Origin: an uncultured delta proteobacterium
Lineage (GTDB): Bacteria > Desulfobacterota > Binatia > UBA9968
Direction: 5' to 3'
Assembly: GCA_963840855.1 (NCBI GenBank)
Contig: CAWJBB010000003.1
Location: forward strand, 1-64,000
DNA length: 64,000 nucleotides
Shown here: positions 51,390-60,995 of the stretch, piece by piece
Position numbering within the stretch: the first letter of the stretch is position 1
How the letters are laid out: every line of letters begins with the position of its first letter
Translations under genes and position numbers: made by a program
The notes under the pieces: model-generated
What the model was told of the DNA's origin: nothing
Databases searched by the model: none
What the model saw: only the letters and a program-made list of their open reading frames with translations

Positions 51390-51556
51390 GGCCCAAAACG
51401 GCTAATTCTTTGATTGACGAAGGGTTGTGAAATCTTTAGCCTGCCGCGGACGAATCGAAAGCCAGTGGCACTCTTCGGAACTTGTGCGTCGGATGGCGCT
51501 GCCGGCTTCGGTTCGAAAAACGGAAACTAAAATCGGAAAGAGGGAAGGAGTTGCTG

Positions 51557-52015
51557 CTAACTGGGACCTTTTTTCCGGCTTTCCGACTGCGCAAAATTCC
51601 GTTGGGCGATCTCATCGCTGAATCTCTGTTCTGCGGCATGTTGGGCGCGCCAATAGCGCTCTTCGTGGCGTTGCCGCAGTTGCTCCAACGACTTCACCGC
51701 GCGCATCGCTTCCACGACCTCTTCGCGTTTGTCGGCGATCATGTCGTTGAACTGCGCCAGCGCAATTCCCTTTGCATTGATTCGTTTAAGTAACGACTGG
51801 CCATGCTCGGCGCGCAGCTGCAGTTCAATTGCGGTGAAGATTTGGCCCTCTGCGGCGAAGGTGCTAGCCTCAGCCAGTTCGCTTTCAAGGGTGTCAAGTT
51901 CAGCCACCATTTGCCGTCGGGTTTCGTGCAGGGCGCTGAGCTCCCAGTGCTTCTGGTCTCGGATACGCTCGCGCAAGCGCAGTACCGCGGCGAAGCGAAA
52001 TTTGAACACGGCCAT
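51557..52015 (-). CDS. fliJ: Flagellar export protein FliJ
   Basis: FKFRFAAVLRLR, KSLEQLR, EQRFSDE; follows fliI. Confidence 0.9.
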   Translation of the reverse strand: MAVFKFRFAAVLRLRERIRDQKHWELSALHETRRQMVAELDTLESELAEASTFAAEGQIFTAIELQLRAEHGQSLLKRINAKGIALAQFNDMIADKREEVVEAMRAVKSLEQLRQRHEERYWRAQHAAEQRFSDEIAQRNFAQSESRKKGPS

Positions 52016-52027
52016 GAGTGATTACAC

Positions 52028-53341
52028 TTACGCGAGCAGCTCGGCGAGAGCCTGCATGCTCTGCTCCAGCGTCGCATCATCATGTTGGTCTTGGCGCAGA
52101 AACTCGCGCAGCCGGGGCAGCAGCGCGATGGCCCGGTCCACGTCCGCATTGATGCCTTTAGTGTAGGCGCCGATCTGAATCAGATCTTCGGCGTCGCGGT
52201 AGGCGGCCATGAGGCGCGTGACTTCGCCAACCATGGCTCGATGTTCTTTTCCGGTCACGCGGGAGCGCACCCGGCTCACCGACGCGAGCACGTCGACGGC
52301 GGGAAAATGTCCCTGTTCTGCGAGCCGGCGCGACAGTTGAATATGTCCGTCGGTGAGCGACCGCACGGCGTCGGCGATGGGCTCATGGGGGTCATCTCCT
52401 TCCATGAGCACGGTGTAGAGTCCCGTTATGCTCCCCATCCCCTTCCAACTCCCCGCCCGCTCGAGCAGGCGCGGCATCAACGCGAACACCGACGGCGTAT
52501 AGCCCTTGGTGGAGGGCGGCTCCCCCACCGCCAGCCCCGCTTCCCGCTGCGCCATGGCAAAACGGCTCAGAGAATCCATCAATAGCAGAACGTCCTGGCC
52601 GCAATCGCGAAAATATTCGGCGATGGTGGTGGCGATAAACGCGCCGCGCACGCGCACCAGCGCCGGCGCTTCGGAAGTCGCTGCCACGACGATCATGCGT
52701 TCCCGCTCCTCGGACGGTAAGGTCCGGGCAACGAATTCTTCCACTTCCCGGCCGCGTTCACCGATGAGCGCGATGATCTTTACGTCGGCGCGGGTATTGC
52801 GCGCGATCATGGCCAAGAGTGTGCTCTTGCCCACGCCGGCGCCGGCCAAGATGGCGACCCGCTGTCCTTTGCCACAGGTAATCATGCCGTTAATAGCGCG
52901 AATCCCGATATCTAATGGTTGGTGAATCTCTTCGCGATCGAGGGGATTGGAAGCGGCTCGATAAACTGGATAAGAATGGGCGGCAATCACGCCTTTGCCG
53001 TCGATGGGGCGGCCTAAGCCGTCGATGACGCGCCCCAAAAGTTCGGGCCCCACCGGGTAATGGGCTTCCTTCGCCAGCGCCACGACTTGGCTTCCCAGGC
53101 CAACGCCGCGCAGGTCCGCCAGGGGCATTAAGAGAGTTTGATCGCCGCGAAAGCCGACCACCTCCGCCAGCACGGGCTCCCCGCCGCCGATGGGTTCGAG
53201 ATCGCAGACGCCGCCGACGGGCAGCCGGGGCCCGCGGCTTGCGACCAGCAGTCCTGTTACTTCACTGACCGTTCCGGAGACGCGATACGGTGAGACGGTT
53301 TTGAGCCGTTCGCGGTACGGGGCAAACAGTGCGTCGTTCAT
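52028..53341 (-). CDS. fliI: Flagellar export ATPase FliI
   Basis: AGAGVGKSTLL, LIGERGREV, DSLSRFAMAQRE, DGHIQLSR. Confidence 0.97.
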   Translation of the reverse strand: MNDALFAPYRERLKTVSPYRVSGTVSEVTGLLVASRGPRLPVGGVCDLEPIGGGEPVLAEVVGFRGDQTLLMPLADLRGVGLGSQVVALAKEAHYPVGPELLGRVIDGLGRPIDGKGVIAAHSYPVYRAASNPLDREEIHQPLDIGIRAINGMITCGKGQRVAILAGAGVGKSTLLAMIARNTRADVKIIALIGERGREVEEFVARTLPSEERERMIVVAATSEAPALVRVRGAFIATTIAEYFRDCGQDVLLLMDSLSRFAMAQREAGLAVGEPPSTKGYTPSVFALMPRLLERAGSWKGMGSITGLYTVLMEGDDPHEPIADAVRSLTDGHIQLSRRLAEQGHFPAVDVLASVSRVRSRVTGKEHRAMVGEVTRLMAAYRDAEDLIQIGAYTKGINADVDRAIALLPRLREFLRQDQHDDATLEQSMQALAELLA

Positions 53342-53364
53342 AGGTCGTGGTTCGTATTACTGGC

Positions 53365-53445
53365 TCGTTCAAAGTTCAACGATTTAAGACTCGGACGAGA
53401 AATCTCAGGTTCAATTTCGAAACGTTGAACATTGACATTGAACCC
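53365..53445. repeat. GTTCAA/TTGAAC repeat palindrome
   Basis: gttcaaagttcaa...gttcaa...ttgaacattgacattgaac between fliH and fliI. Confidence 0.6.
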
Positions 53446-54237
53446 TACAATTCGCGGCTCACCGTTGCGCTAGCTCTTTCCGAATACACCGGAGCTCGTC
53501 CGGGTTTCGCAGTCTCCTCATCTAAAAGCTGGCGTCGAATCTCGGCGATTTGCGTTGGCACCGTGGCATCGACGACACCAATCTCAGTTTCTAGACGGCA
53601 GCCGCCCCGGCTGAGTTCAGAATCGGTCACGATCTCAATCACGCGTCCGTCATCGTGTCCCTGCGCCAGCAAGTCGGAGCGCATCTCGGCGAGCAGACCG
53701 TGATCCGCAGGGATTGAGACAGATACGAATGCGGCGCGCGTCGACGACCTCCTGACGCGCTCGCTCCAACACCGAGGCGACGATCTCGGGATCGGCAGCT
53801 ACCGTCCGGTGCACGATTTTCTCGGCGATCTCCACTGCCAAGCGCACGAGCTCCGGCGCGTAGCGCGCGATCATCTGTTCTTCGAAGACGATCAATGCTT
53901 GGCCGGCGTTGGCGAAAGCAACGGCTGAAGGTAGCGCTTCCCGTTTTCCTTCTTCGCGCCCTTCTGCGGCACCTTGTGATCGGGCCTGCTCGCGCAGCAT
54001 TTCAGCCTCTGCCCGAGCGTCATCAATGAGATCCTCCGCCCTTGCGCGCGCCTCTAACAGGAGCAGGTAAGGCACTAGTTTGAGCAGATCGAGAGACTCG
54101 AGATCGATATCGCGGCAGCCTCCGTAGGCGGCGCCCTCTTCCTCCCGAACCGGCACCGGCTCTTGGCCTTCCTGCCGATAGGGAAGCACATCGGCGGGCT
54201 GCAAGCGGTCGCGCGCCAGCAGTTTAGACAAGGACAT
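53445..54237 (-). CDS. fliH: Flagellar export protein FliH; apparent +1 frameshift at GGG 53710-53712
   Basis: GxxxG repeats (QGAAEGREEG), IRICLNP [extra C] ADHGLL...DSELSRGGCRLETEIGVVDA. Confidence 0.88.
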
Positions 54238-55255
54238 CCTCCTTGCTCTTACCGCCGCTCAGCACGACCTTGCCTTCGGATTCGAGTCGTCGGGCCAGAT
54301 CGATGACTTCTCGCTGGGCCGCTTCGACATCGCGCAAGCGCACGGGTCCCATTGACTCGATTTCTTCCTTGAGCAGCGCCCCGGCGCGTTCGGACATGTT
54401 GCCGAAAATCTTCTTTTTTAGATTTGGGCTGGCCGTGCGCATGCTCATCACCCACTTGTCCTTTTCAACTTCGCGGATAAGCACCTGCATGCTCTGGTCG
54501 TCGATCTTGCCCAGGTCTTCGAAAGTAAACATGAGTTGGCGAATGCGCTCCGATAGTTCCGGCTCCAACTCGGTCAGGCCGTCCATGACACGCGCTTCGG
54601 TGGCGTTGTCAACGAAGTTTAAAATTTCGGCGATGGGACGAACCCCTCCCACTTGTTTGCCTTGCACCTGGCGGATCTCGTTGCGCAGCACCTTGCTCAC
54701 TTCTTCGATGGCGCCGGGCGACGTACTGCCGAGACGGGTGATGCGAAAAGCCACTTCCGCCTGTTTGTCTTCGGGCATTAGCCCGAAGACTTCGCCGGCG
54801 TGGGCGGGATAGAGATGGGCGAGGATGAAAGCCACAGTTTGCGGATGCTCTTCTTGAAGTAGCTGCGCCATGGTTTTCGCATCCATTTCATGCAACACGT
54901 CGACGCCATAGGTATCGTCACCGCTGTCTTCCTGAAAAATGCGGCTGAGCACTGCGGACGCTTTTTCTGGGCCCATGGCCTTGCCTAAAACCCGCTGCAG
55001 GTAATCGCTGCTGCCTTCGGCGAAGATGTTGGCCTTTTTCAAGTGCCGGCAGGTGTCTTCGAAGACCTCGTCGATGTCCTCAGGCGTGATCTGCGACATG
55101 CGGTGCACGCCCTGGCGCAGCATGATCAACTCTTTCTCTTGCAGTTCGCCGCAAAGCGATGTCGCCAGCTCCTCGCCCACCAAGGCGATGAAAATCGCCG
55201 CCTTTTCCGGACCGCTTAATGTCAACACCGTCCGTTTTCTTGTTTCTTCGGCCAT
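54224..55255 (-). CDS. fliG: Flagellar switch protein FliG
   Basis: EHPQTVA, MFTFEDL, NMSERAG, GPVRLRDVEAAQ. Confidence 0.97.
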   Translation of the reverse strand: MAEETRKRTVLTLSGPEKAAIFIALVGEELATSLCGELQEKELIMLRQGVHRMSQITPEDIDEVFEDTCRHLKKANIFAEGSSDYLQRVLGKAMGPEKASAVLSRIFQEDSGDDTYGVDVLHEMDAKTMAQLLQEEHPQTVAFILAHLYPAHAGEVFGLMPEDKQAEVAFRITRLGSTSPGAIEEVSKVLRNEIRQVQGKQVGGVRPIAEILNFVDNATEARVMDGLTELEPELSERIRQLMFTFEDLGKIDDQSMQVLIREVEKDKWVMSMRTASPNLKKKIFGNMSERAGALLKEEIESMGPVRLRDVEAAQREVIDLARRLESEGKVVLSGGKSKEDVLV

Positions 55256-55324
55256 CGGTAGTCCTCCAATGGATGCACTTGGCGCTGCGTACTTACGTTA
55301 ACGTCGCCTTCGGGTGAACTGAGA

Positions 55325-55405
55325 TCGTTCAGGTTCAACGTTGAAGGTTTGCAAATTCGCATTTGCATCCCAAAAATTGGACATTGAACCTTAAACTTTG
55401 AAACC
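55325..55405. repeat. GTTCAA/TTGAAC repeat palindrome
   Basis: gttcaggttcaacgttg...cattgaaccttaaactttgaaac between fliF and fliG. Confidence 0.6.
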
Positions 55406-55415
55406 GGCGTAGCCC

Positions 55416-57035
55416 CTATCGCTCGTTCGCCGCGGCTTGCGCCCGCGCCTTGTTCACATCTTCCTGCAGCCACATGCGGACGATCCGCGCGGTGGCGTCG
55501 TGATAGTCGCGGGCAATCTGGGTGAGTTGCTCCTTGCGCGGGTCTTCCGAAACCACGACTTTTTGCGCCACCATCGCGACTTCTTCCTGTACCTGTGCGG
55601 TGGTGGCCGTCGTGATGACGGGCCCCGGCGCCGGCTCTTTTTCAGCCACACGCCTCTTTGACCCGCCTCTCATTAGCAGAAAAATCAGCGTGCCCAGAAT
55701 CAGCGCCGCGCCGACGGCCACGCCGATGCCAATCGGGGTCAGGACCATATCCTTTAGATTAGGCGCGACGACGGGCTGCGACGACGGCGCCGCGGGTTGA
55801 ATCTTGAACGGCACGTTGGCCACCTCGATTTCGTCGCCGCGGTCGGCGTCAAATCCTACGGCCCGTTTGACCATGCCTTTGATGACTTCAATCTCTTCCT
55901 TGCTGCGCGGAATGTATTTGTCTTTTTGATAGGTGCCATCGACCAGCACCGCCACGGAAAGCTTTTGCACCTGCCCGCGCGGCTCCATAGTGCGGCTGGT
56001 GGTACGGCCCACTTCGTACGTCACCATTTCGCTGCTCCGCTTTTGGCCCCCTTCCGCCGCGGTTTTGCCAGCCTCGCCGCCGGGGATGTTCGACTGCACA
56101 CCCGGCACACCGCCACCCTTTAGCCCTGTGTCATCCACCGCCTGGCGCTGGCTGCGCACGACCCGGTTCTGCGGGTCAAACTGTTCCTTGGTCATTTGAG
56201 TTTCTTGCGGATTGATCTGCACGTTGGCGCGCACCACGACTTTTCCTGCCCCCAACACCGGGTCGAGCATGGATTCAACGCGCCGTTCCATTTCCTGCTC
56301 GTGCTTGAGTTTGAGCTGATTGAGCTTTTCCGCTTCGCTGCTGGCCGCTACCGAGACGATCTCCTTGAGGGGGCGTCCAGAACTGTCGATAACCGTGACT
56401 TTGTCGGCGCTCAATTTGGGCACGGAGCTGGCAACTAGATTGACGATTCCTTGAACCTGGTCGGGACTCAGATGGTAACCGGGCCTGAGTTCCACGACCA
56501 CCGACGCCGACGGCTTCTCCTCCTGGCCGAAGAAATTCGACCGCGCCGGCAGCGCCAAATGAATACGGCTCGACTGCACCGCCGATAATGAATTGATCGT
56601 TCGCGACAGTTCTCCTTGCAGCGCGCGCAGATAGTTGACCTGTTGGGTGAATTCGCTAACGCCGAAGGCGGTCTTTTCAAAGATCTCGAAACCTACCCCA
56701 CCGCCGGCGGGTACGCCCTTGCCGGCAAGCTTCAAGCGGGTCGAATAGAGAACCCCGCGTGGCACTTCGATTGCCGTACCGCCGCCGGAAACAACGTAAG
56801 GGATCTTCGCCGCCTCCAGTTCCTTGACGATAGCCGCCCCGTCCTGAGGCGATAGATTGGCATAAAGAGGTCCGTAATTGATCCGATCGTAGGTGTGGTA
56901 GGCGGCGTAGGCGATGCTCAATATGAGCGGCAGGCCGATGAACAGGAGCCGCTTTTGCCGGGGTGAAAGAAAGTCAAAGAGACGCGCGAGCATCTCCTTG
57001 AGGTCGTTTAAAAAATTGCTTAGTTGTTCAGGCAC
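55416..57035 (-). CDS. fliF: MS-ring protein FliF
   Basis: GFEIFE, YLRALQGELSRTI, PSASVV, LSVAVLVDG, RGDEIEV. Confidence 0.97.
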   Translation of the reverse strand: MPEQLSNFLNDLKEMLARLFDFLSPRQKRLLFIGLPLILSIAYAAYHTYDRINYGPLYANLSPQDGAAIVKELEAAKIPYVVSGGGTAIEVPRGVLYSTRLKLAGKGVPAGGGVGFEIFEKTAFGVSEFTQQVNYLRALQGELSRTINSLSAVQSSRIHLALPARSNFFGQEEKPSASVVVELRPGYHLSPDQVQGIVNLVASSVPKLSADKVTVIDSSGRPLKEIVSVAASSEAEKLNQLKLKHEQEMERRVESMLDPVLGAGKVVVRANVQINPQETQMTKEQFDPQNRVVRSQRQAVDDTGLKGGGVPGVQSNIPGGEAGKTAAEGGQKRSSEMVTYEVGRTTSRTMEPRGQVQKLSVAVLVDGTYQKDKYIPRSKEEIEVIKGMVKRAVGFDADRGDEIEVANVPFKIQPAAPSSQPVVAPNLKDMVLTPIGIGVAVGAALILGTLIFLLMRGGSKRRVAEKEPAPGPVITTATTAQVQEEVAMVAQKVVVSEDPRKEQLTQIARDYHDATARIVRMWLQEDVNKARAQAAANER

Positions 57036-57099
57036 GGTTCAATTTTCAATGAGCAAGAGTTGGGGTTGCTAAACAGGTAAAAACGCGTTTTCGCCGGCA

Positions 57100-57399
57100 C
57101 TATACCTGCATTCGCATGATCTCCTGATACGCTTCCAATACTTTGTTGCGAATCTGCATCATCAGACGAAACGAGACATCGGCCTTTTCCAGCGCCACCA
57201 TTGTTTCTTGCAGATCGCCCTTCCCTTCGCCCACCAACTGTTGAATTGCTTGATCGGCTTTTTGCTGCAGCTCATTGACTTCCCCGAGGGCCTTATTCAG
57301 ATGGGCGCCAAAATCTCCCTTGGCGTTATCCTGCGTCGGCTTGGCCTCCGTCAGCGGGTTTTTCGTGGAGAGCAGATCGACCCCTTTAATCGTATTCAT
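57100..57399 (-). CDS. fliE: Hook-basal body protein FliE
   Basis: QIRNKVLEAYQEIMRMQV. Confidence 0.97.
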   Translation of the reverse strand: MNTIKGVDLLSTKNPLTEAKPTQDNAKGDFGAHLNKALGEVNELQQKADQAIQQLVGEGKGDLQETMVALEKADVSFRLMMQIRNKVLEAYQEIMRMQV

Positions 57400-57432
57400 G
57401 CTATGCAGTTCTCCCTCACCGTAAAACTTGAG

Positions 57433-57885
57433 TTACGGATTGCGGCCAATTTCCAGCAGTCTTCTGACCAGCCCCTTGGTGGTGTTGTAGGCGGTTAAAT
57501 TGGCTTCATAGCTGCGCACTGCCGACATCAGATCGACCATTTCCTCAATGACGTTGATATCCGGCAAAGAGACGTAGCCCTCGGTGTTGGCGTCCGGATG
57601 TTTGGGATCGAAAATCTGCCGCGGCGGGCGGCTCGACTGGCGAATGCCCGCTACTTGCACCGATAAGAGCCCCTCGGGATTGTCGAAAAAATTCTCGGAT
57701 AAAAGATCGGCGAACTCACCGTTGGCCGGCACCGCCTGAAAAATAATATCGCGGCGGCGGTAAGGCCCGCCCTCCGGCGTGCGCGTGGTTTCGGTGTTGG
57801 CCAGGTTGCCCGTGATCACGCTCATGCGGTCTCGCTGCGCCGCCATGCCGGCGCCGCTTATGGCAAACATCTTGAATAGGTTCAT
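57433..57885 (-). CDS. flgC: Rod protein FlgC
   Basis: NLANTETTRT, GPYRRR, DPKHPDA, EMVDLMSAVRSYEAN. Confidence 0.97.
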   Translation of the reverse strand: MNLFKMFAISGAGMAAQRDRMSVITGNLANTETTRTPEGGPYRRRDIIFQAVPANGEFADLLSENFFDNPEGLLSVQVAGIRQSSRPPRQIFDPKHPDANTEGYVSLPDINVIEEMVDLMSAVRSYEANLTAYNTTKGLVRRLLEIGRNP

Positions 57886-57890
57886 TCCGT

Positions 57891-58316
57891 TTAACTCCTT
57901 CCGTCACTGATGACATAGCGCAGCTTCGCCAGCGTGCGCGAAAACAACGTCAAGTTTGCTTCGTAAGACAGCGCGTTCTCGTTGAGCAGCGCAATCTGGC
58001 GGTCCAGGCTCACCCGGTTGCCGTCCAAACGCTCTTCGCCGTGGCGTTGGCCGCCGCTCGACGGCTCATAGACCGCCGCCTCAAACCCCAGCGTGCCCGA
58101 AAGCATTTCATCCATTTGCCGCTCCCGTGAGACCGGACGATCATCGAGCTCCATAGCAGTCTGAATAACCGATTCAAAATCGAGGTCCTTCGGGCGAAAA
58201 CCGGGGGTGTCCGCGTTGGCGATATTGGCGCTCAACACTTCATGGCGCGCTCCGCGCACGCGCATCGACAGCTCGAGCAACTGGTGAGTGAAATCAAAAA
58301 GCCTTAAGGTAGCCAT
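57891..58316 (-). CDS. flgB: Rod protein FlgB
   Basis: ANIANADTPGFRPKDLDF, DGNRVSLD. Confidence 0.95.
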   Translation of the reverse strand: MATLRLFDFTHQLLELSMRVRGARHEVLSANIANADTPGFRPKDLDFESVIQTAMELDDRPVSRERQMDEMLSGTLGFEAAVYEPSSGGQRHGEERLDGNRVSLDRQIALLNENALSYEANLTLFSRTLAKLRYVISDGRS

Positions 58317-59684
58317 CTAGAGTTCCCTCGGATATTCTTTCTCGCGGTATTGCTTGAGCTTGTTGCGCAGCGTGCGCACGCTGATCCCTAGCATCTTGGC
58401 CGCCCGCGTGCGGTTGTCGTGTACCTGGTTGAGGGTCTTGAAAATCAGCTGCTCTTCCATTTCACGCACCGACACGGTGGCGTCTGGCGCCGCCATGCGG
58501 GGCGCATCACTCTGGGCTTGCGCAGCGACGGCCACCGGCACGGGACATAGATCCTCTTCCATTCCCATCATTTCTTCGAGCCACAAGTGGGCCGGCTCAA
58601 TCACACCCCCATCGGCGACGATGGCGGCACGCTCTAGGACATTGAACAGCTCGCGCACGTTGCCGCGCCAGGAATTATTCTTGAGATGGCTGACCGCCTC
58701 CGCCGTGAGCTGCGCCCGATGATAACCCTGTCTGACGAAGAACGAGCGCGCCAGCGTCGTGATATCATCGATGCGCTCGCGCAACGGAAAGAGCCTCACC
58801 GGCACAACATTTAAGCGGTAAAACAAATCCTCGCGGAACGTCCCGGCGCGGATCATGTCGCGCAGGTCGCAGTTGGTGGTCGAAAGAACCCGGATGTCGA
58901 TGGGCAGTGGTTTCTTTCCGCCGAGCCGGTCCACTTCCCGTTCCTGCAAGACGCGCAAGAGCTTGGCCTGAAGCGCCAATGGCATCTCGCTGATTTCGTC
59001 GAGCAGTATAGTACCGGTGTGGGCCAGCTCGAACTTGCCGGGTTTGTTGCCGATGGCGCCGGTGAAGGCGCCGCGTTCATGGCCGAATAATTCTGATTCC
59101 AAAAGACCTTCGGGCAAGGCGGCGCAGTTTACCGCCACAAATGGGCCAGCGCCGCGCCGGCTGTTTGCATGAATGTAGCGCGCCAGAAGCTCTTTGCCCG
59201 TGCCGCTCTCGCCCTGAATCAAGATCGAGGCGTGGGACTTGGCGACCTGCCGGACGAATTCCAGCAGAGCAAGCATGCGCGGGTGGGCGGTGATGATATC
59301 GCCATTTTGCTCCCCCGCCGCTACCTCCCGGCTTGCCCGTGACAGCCCCCCCTCCACCAGAGGAATCAGCTCGCGATAAGAAAACGGCTTGACGACGAAA
59401 TCGTAGGCGCCGATCTTCATCGCCTCCACGGCCTCGGGCACGGTGGCGAAACCGCTGATCATGATGAAAGGAATATTGGGAAAGCGTTTTAACAGCTCCA
59501 GGCCGCCGAGCACCGGCATGCGCACGTCGCTGATCACCAGATCGGCGCCCGACTGGCGCAGATGGCGTTCCGCTTCTTCGCCGTTGGCAAAGAGCGCCGC
59601 GTCAAATCCAGCGCTGCGCATCGCTTCGCCGAGGGCCGAGCGCATCGTCGGATCGTCATCAGCGATAACAATTCGGTTGTGCAT
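58317..59684 (-). CDS. sigma54-dependent response regulator, FlrC/FleR-like
   Basis: [40 protein letters not shown]. Start re-called at ATG 59684. Confidence 0.92.
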   Translation of the reverse strand: MHNRIVIADDDPTMRSALGEAMRSAGFDAALFANGEEAERHLRQSGADLVISDVRMPVLGGLELLKRFPNIPFIMISGFATVPEAVEAMKIGAYDFVVKPFSYRELIPLVEGGLSRASREVAAGEQNGDIITAHPRMLALLEFVRQVAKSHASILIQGESGTGKELLARYIHANSRRGAGPFVAVNCAALPEGLLESELFGHERGAFTGAIGNKPGKFELAHTGTILLDEISEMPLALQAKLLRVLQEREVDRLGGKKPLPIDIRVLSTTNCDLRDMIRAGTFREDLFYRLNVVPVRLFPLRERIDDITTLARSFFVRQGYHRAQLTAEAVSHLKNNSWRGNVRELFNVLERAAIVADGGVIEPAHLWLEEMMGMEEDLCPVPVAVAAQAQSDAPRMAAPDATVSVREMEEQLIFKTLNQVHDNRTRAAKMLGISVRTLRNKLKQYREKEYPREL

Positions 59685-59688
59685 GGAC

Positions 59689-60918
59689 TTAGATCTCCTC
59701 CGCCGCCGGCAAGAACACGGAGAACTGCGTTCCCCGGCCAGGGCTAGACGTGATTTTAATGGAGCCGCGATGGGCGCTGATGATTTTGTGCGTGAAGGCC
59801 AGGCCGAGGCCCGTGCCTTGCGTTTTAGTAGTAAAAAACGGGTCGAAGATGCGCTCGCGGTTTTCCGGCGAAATGCCGGCGCCCTCGTCGCTAACTGTGA
59901 TTTCAATGGCCTTATGAATATGGCCGTTCATTGCCGAGAACGGCGACAGTTGCGCGCGAACATCGACCGCGCCGCCCTCGGGCATGGCTTCCTTGGCGTT
60001 GACGATCAGATTGAGCAGCGCCTGCGCCAGCAGGCCGCGGTCGCCCCAGAGCGGCGCGAGTACGGTTTCGCAGTCAAAGGCAACCGACCAACGCGAGTCG
60101 TTAAAATAGGGCCGGCAATCCTCTTGCAAATCGTTCAACAGAGACTCGACCTGTAATACATCGCCGCTCATGGTTGGTTCGGCAGCGAAGGACAAGAGAT
60201 GGGAAAGGGTGGTGTATAAGCGCTGCACCGCGCTGAGGATTTCCCCCGCTAAACGCTGGGGATCGCCAGCAGATTTTTCTTTGAGCAGTGAGGCGTATAA
60301 CTCGATGCCGCCGAGGGGGCTGCGCACCTGGTGTGCGATCTCGGATGCCATGATGCCGAGGGAAGCCAAACGACGCGTGCGCGCCGCTTCCGCCTCCAGC
60401 CGTTTGAGCGTCGTGATATCCTGAAACACCAGCACATATTCGCTGGACCGTCGTCCGGTGGCGACTTCCGAAAGCACGAAGTGCACCGGCGTCATCATGC
60501 CGCCGGGCCCTTGCGCCACTTTCTCACATTCCAAAGGCAAAAAACTCTTGTCACCACGCTGCAAACTGGAGGCGAGTTTTTCGCCCAGCAATTGCCGCGC
60601 CCGATCGCCGTCGACATGGCCGAGCAATTCGCTGACGCGACGGTTGAGGAAGGTCGGTTGGAGATGGCGATCAAGGACCAAGACACCGGCTTTGAGACTC
60701 TCCAGCACCGATAGCAGATAGGCGCGCGCTTCCTCGCGTTCGCGCAGGCTCGACTTCAACTCTCGATGCTTGGCCTCGAGCTGACCTTTCAGGTAAGCTG
60801 CGCGCTCGTCGAGACGGCGGTATTCCTCGATCAGCTCGACGCTGCTCTGATTGAACCAGCCGATGAGACTCGTTAGGGCTTGGACATTCTCTTGCGGCTG
60901 GCTGAGCGGAACCAACAT
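59689..60918 (-). CDS. Cytoplasmic PAS histidine kinase, FlrB/FleS-like
   Basis: IAHQVRSPLGG (HQ box as in FlrB/FleS), FDPFFTTK, GTGLGL; no TM. Confidence 0.9.
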   Translation of the reverse strand: MLVPLSQPQENVQALTSLIGWFNQSSVELIEEYRRLDERAAYLKGQLEAKHRELKSSLREREEARAYLLSVLESLKAGVLVLDRHLQPTFLNRRVSELLGHVDGDRARQLLGEKLASSLQRGDKSFLPLECEKVAQGPGGMMTPVHFVLSEVATGRRSSEYVLVFQDITTLKRLEAEAARTRRLASLGIMASEIAHQVRSPLGGIELYASLLKEKSAGDPQRLAGEILSAVQRLYTTLSHLLSFAAEPTMSGDVLQVESLLNDLQEDCRPYFNDSRWSVAFDCETVLAPLWGDRGLLAQALLNLIVNAKEAMPEGGAVDVRAQLSPFSAMNGHIHKAIEITVSDEGAGISPENRERIFDPFFTTKTQGTGLGLAFTHKIISAHRGSIKITSSPGRGTQFSVFLPAAEEI

Positions 60919-60962
60919 TTCTTGCCTCCTCGTTCTCCTAGAAAAAATCTATCAGAATGAGG

Positions 60963-60978
60963 AGCAATGGCCGTGCCA
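60963..60978 (-). promoter_or_regulatory. sigma54 promoter for the flrB-flrC-flgBC-fliE-J operon
   Basis: Minus strand TGGCAC-GGCCA-TTGCT. Confidence 0.85.
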
Positions 60979-60995
60979 GCCGTCGGCGAGCCCGG

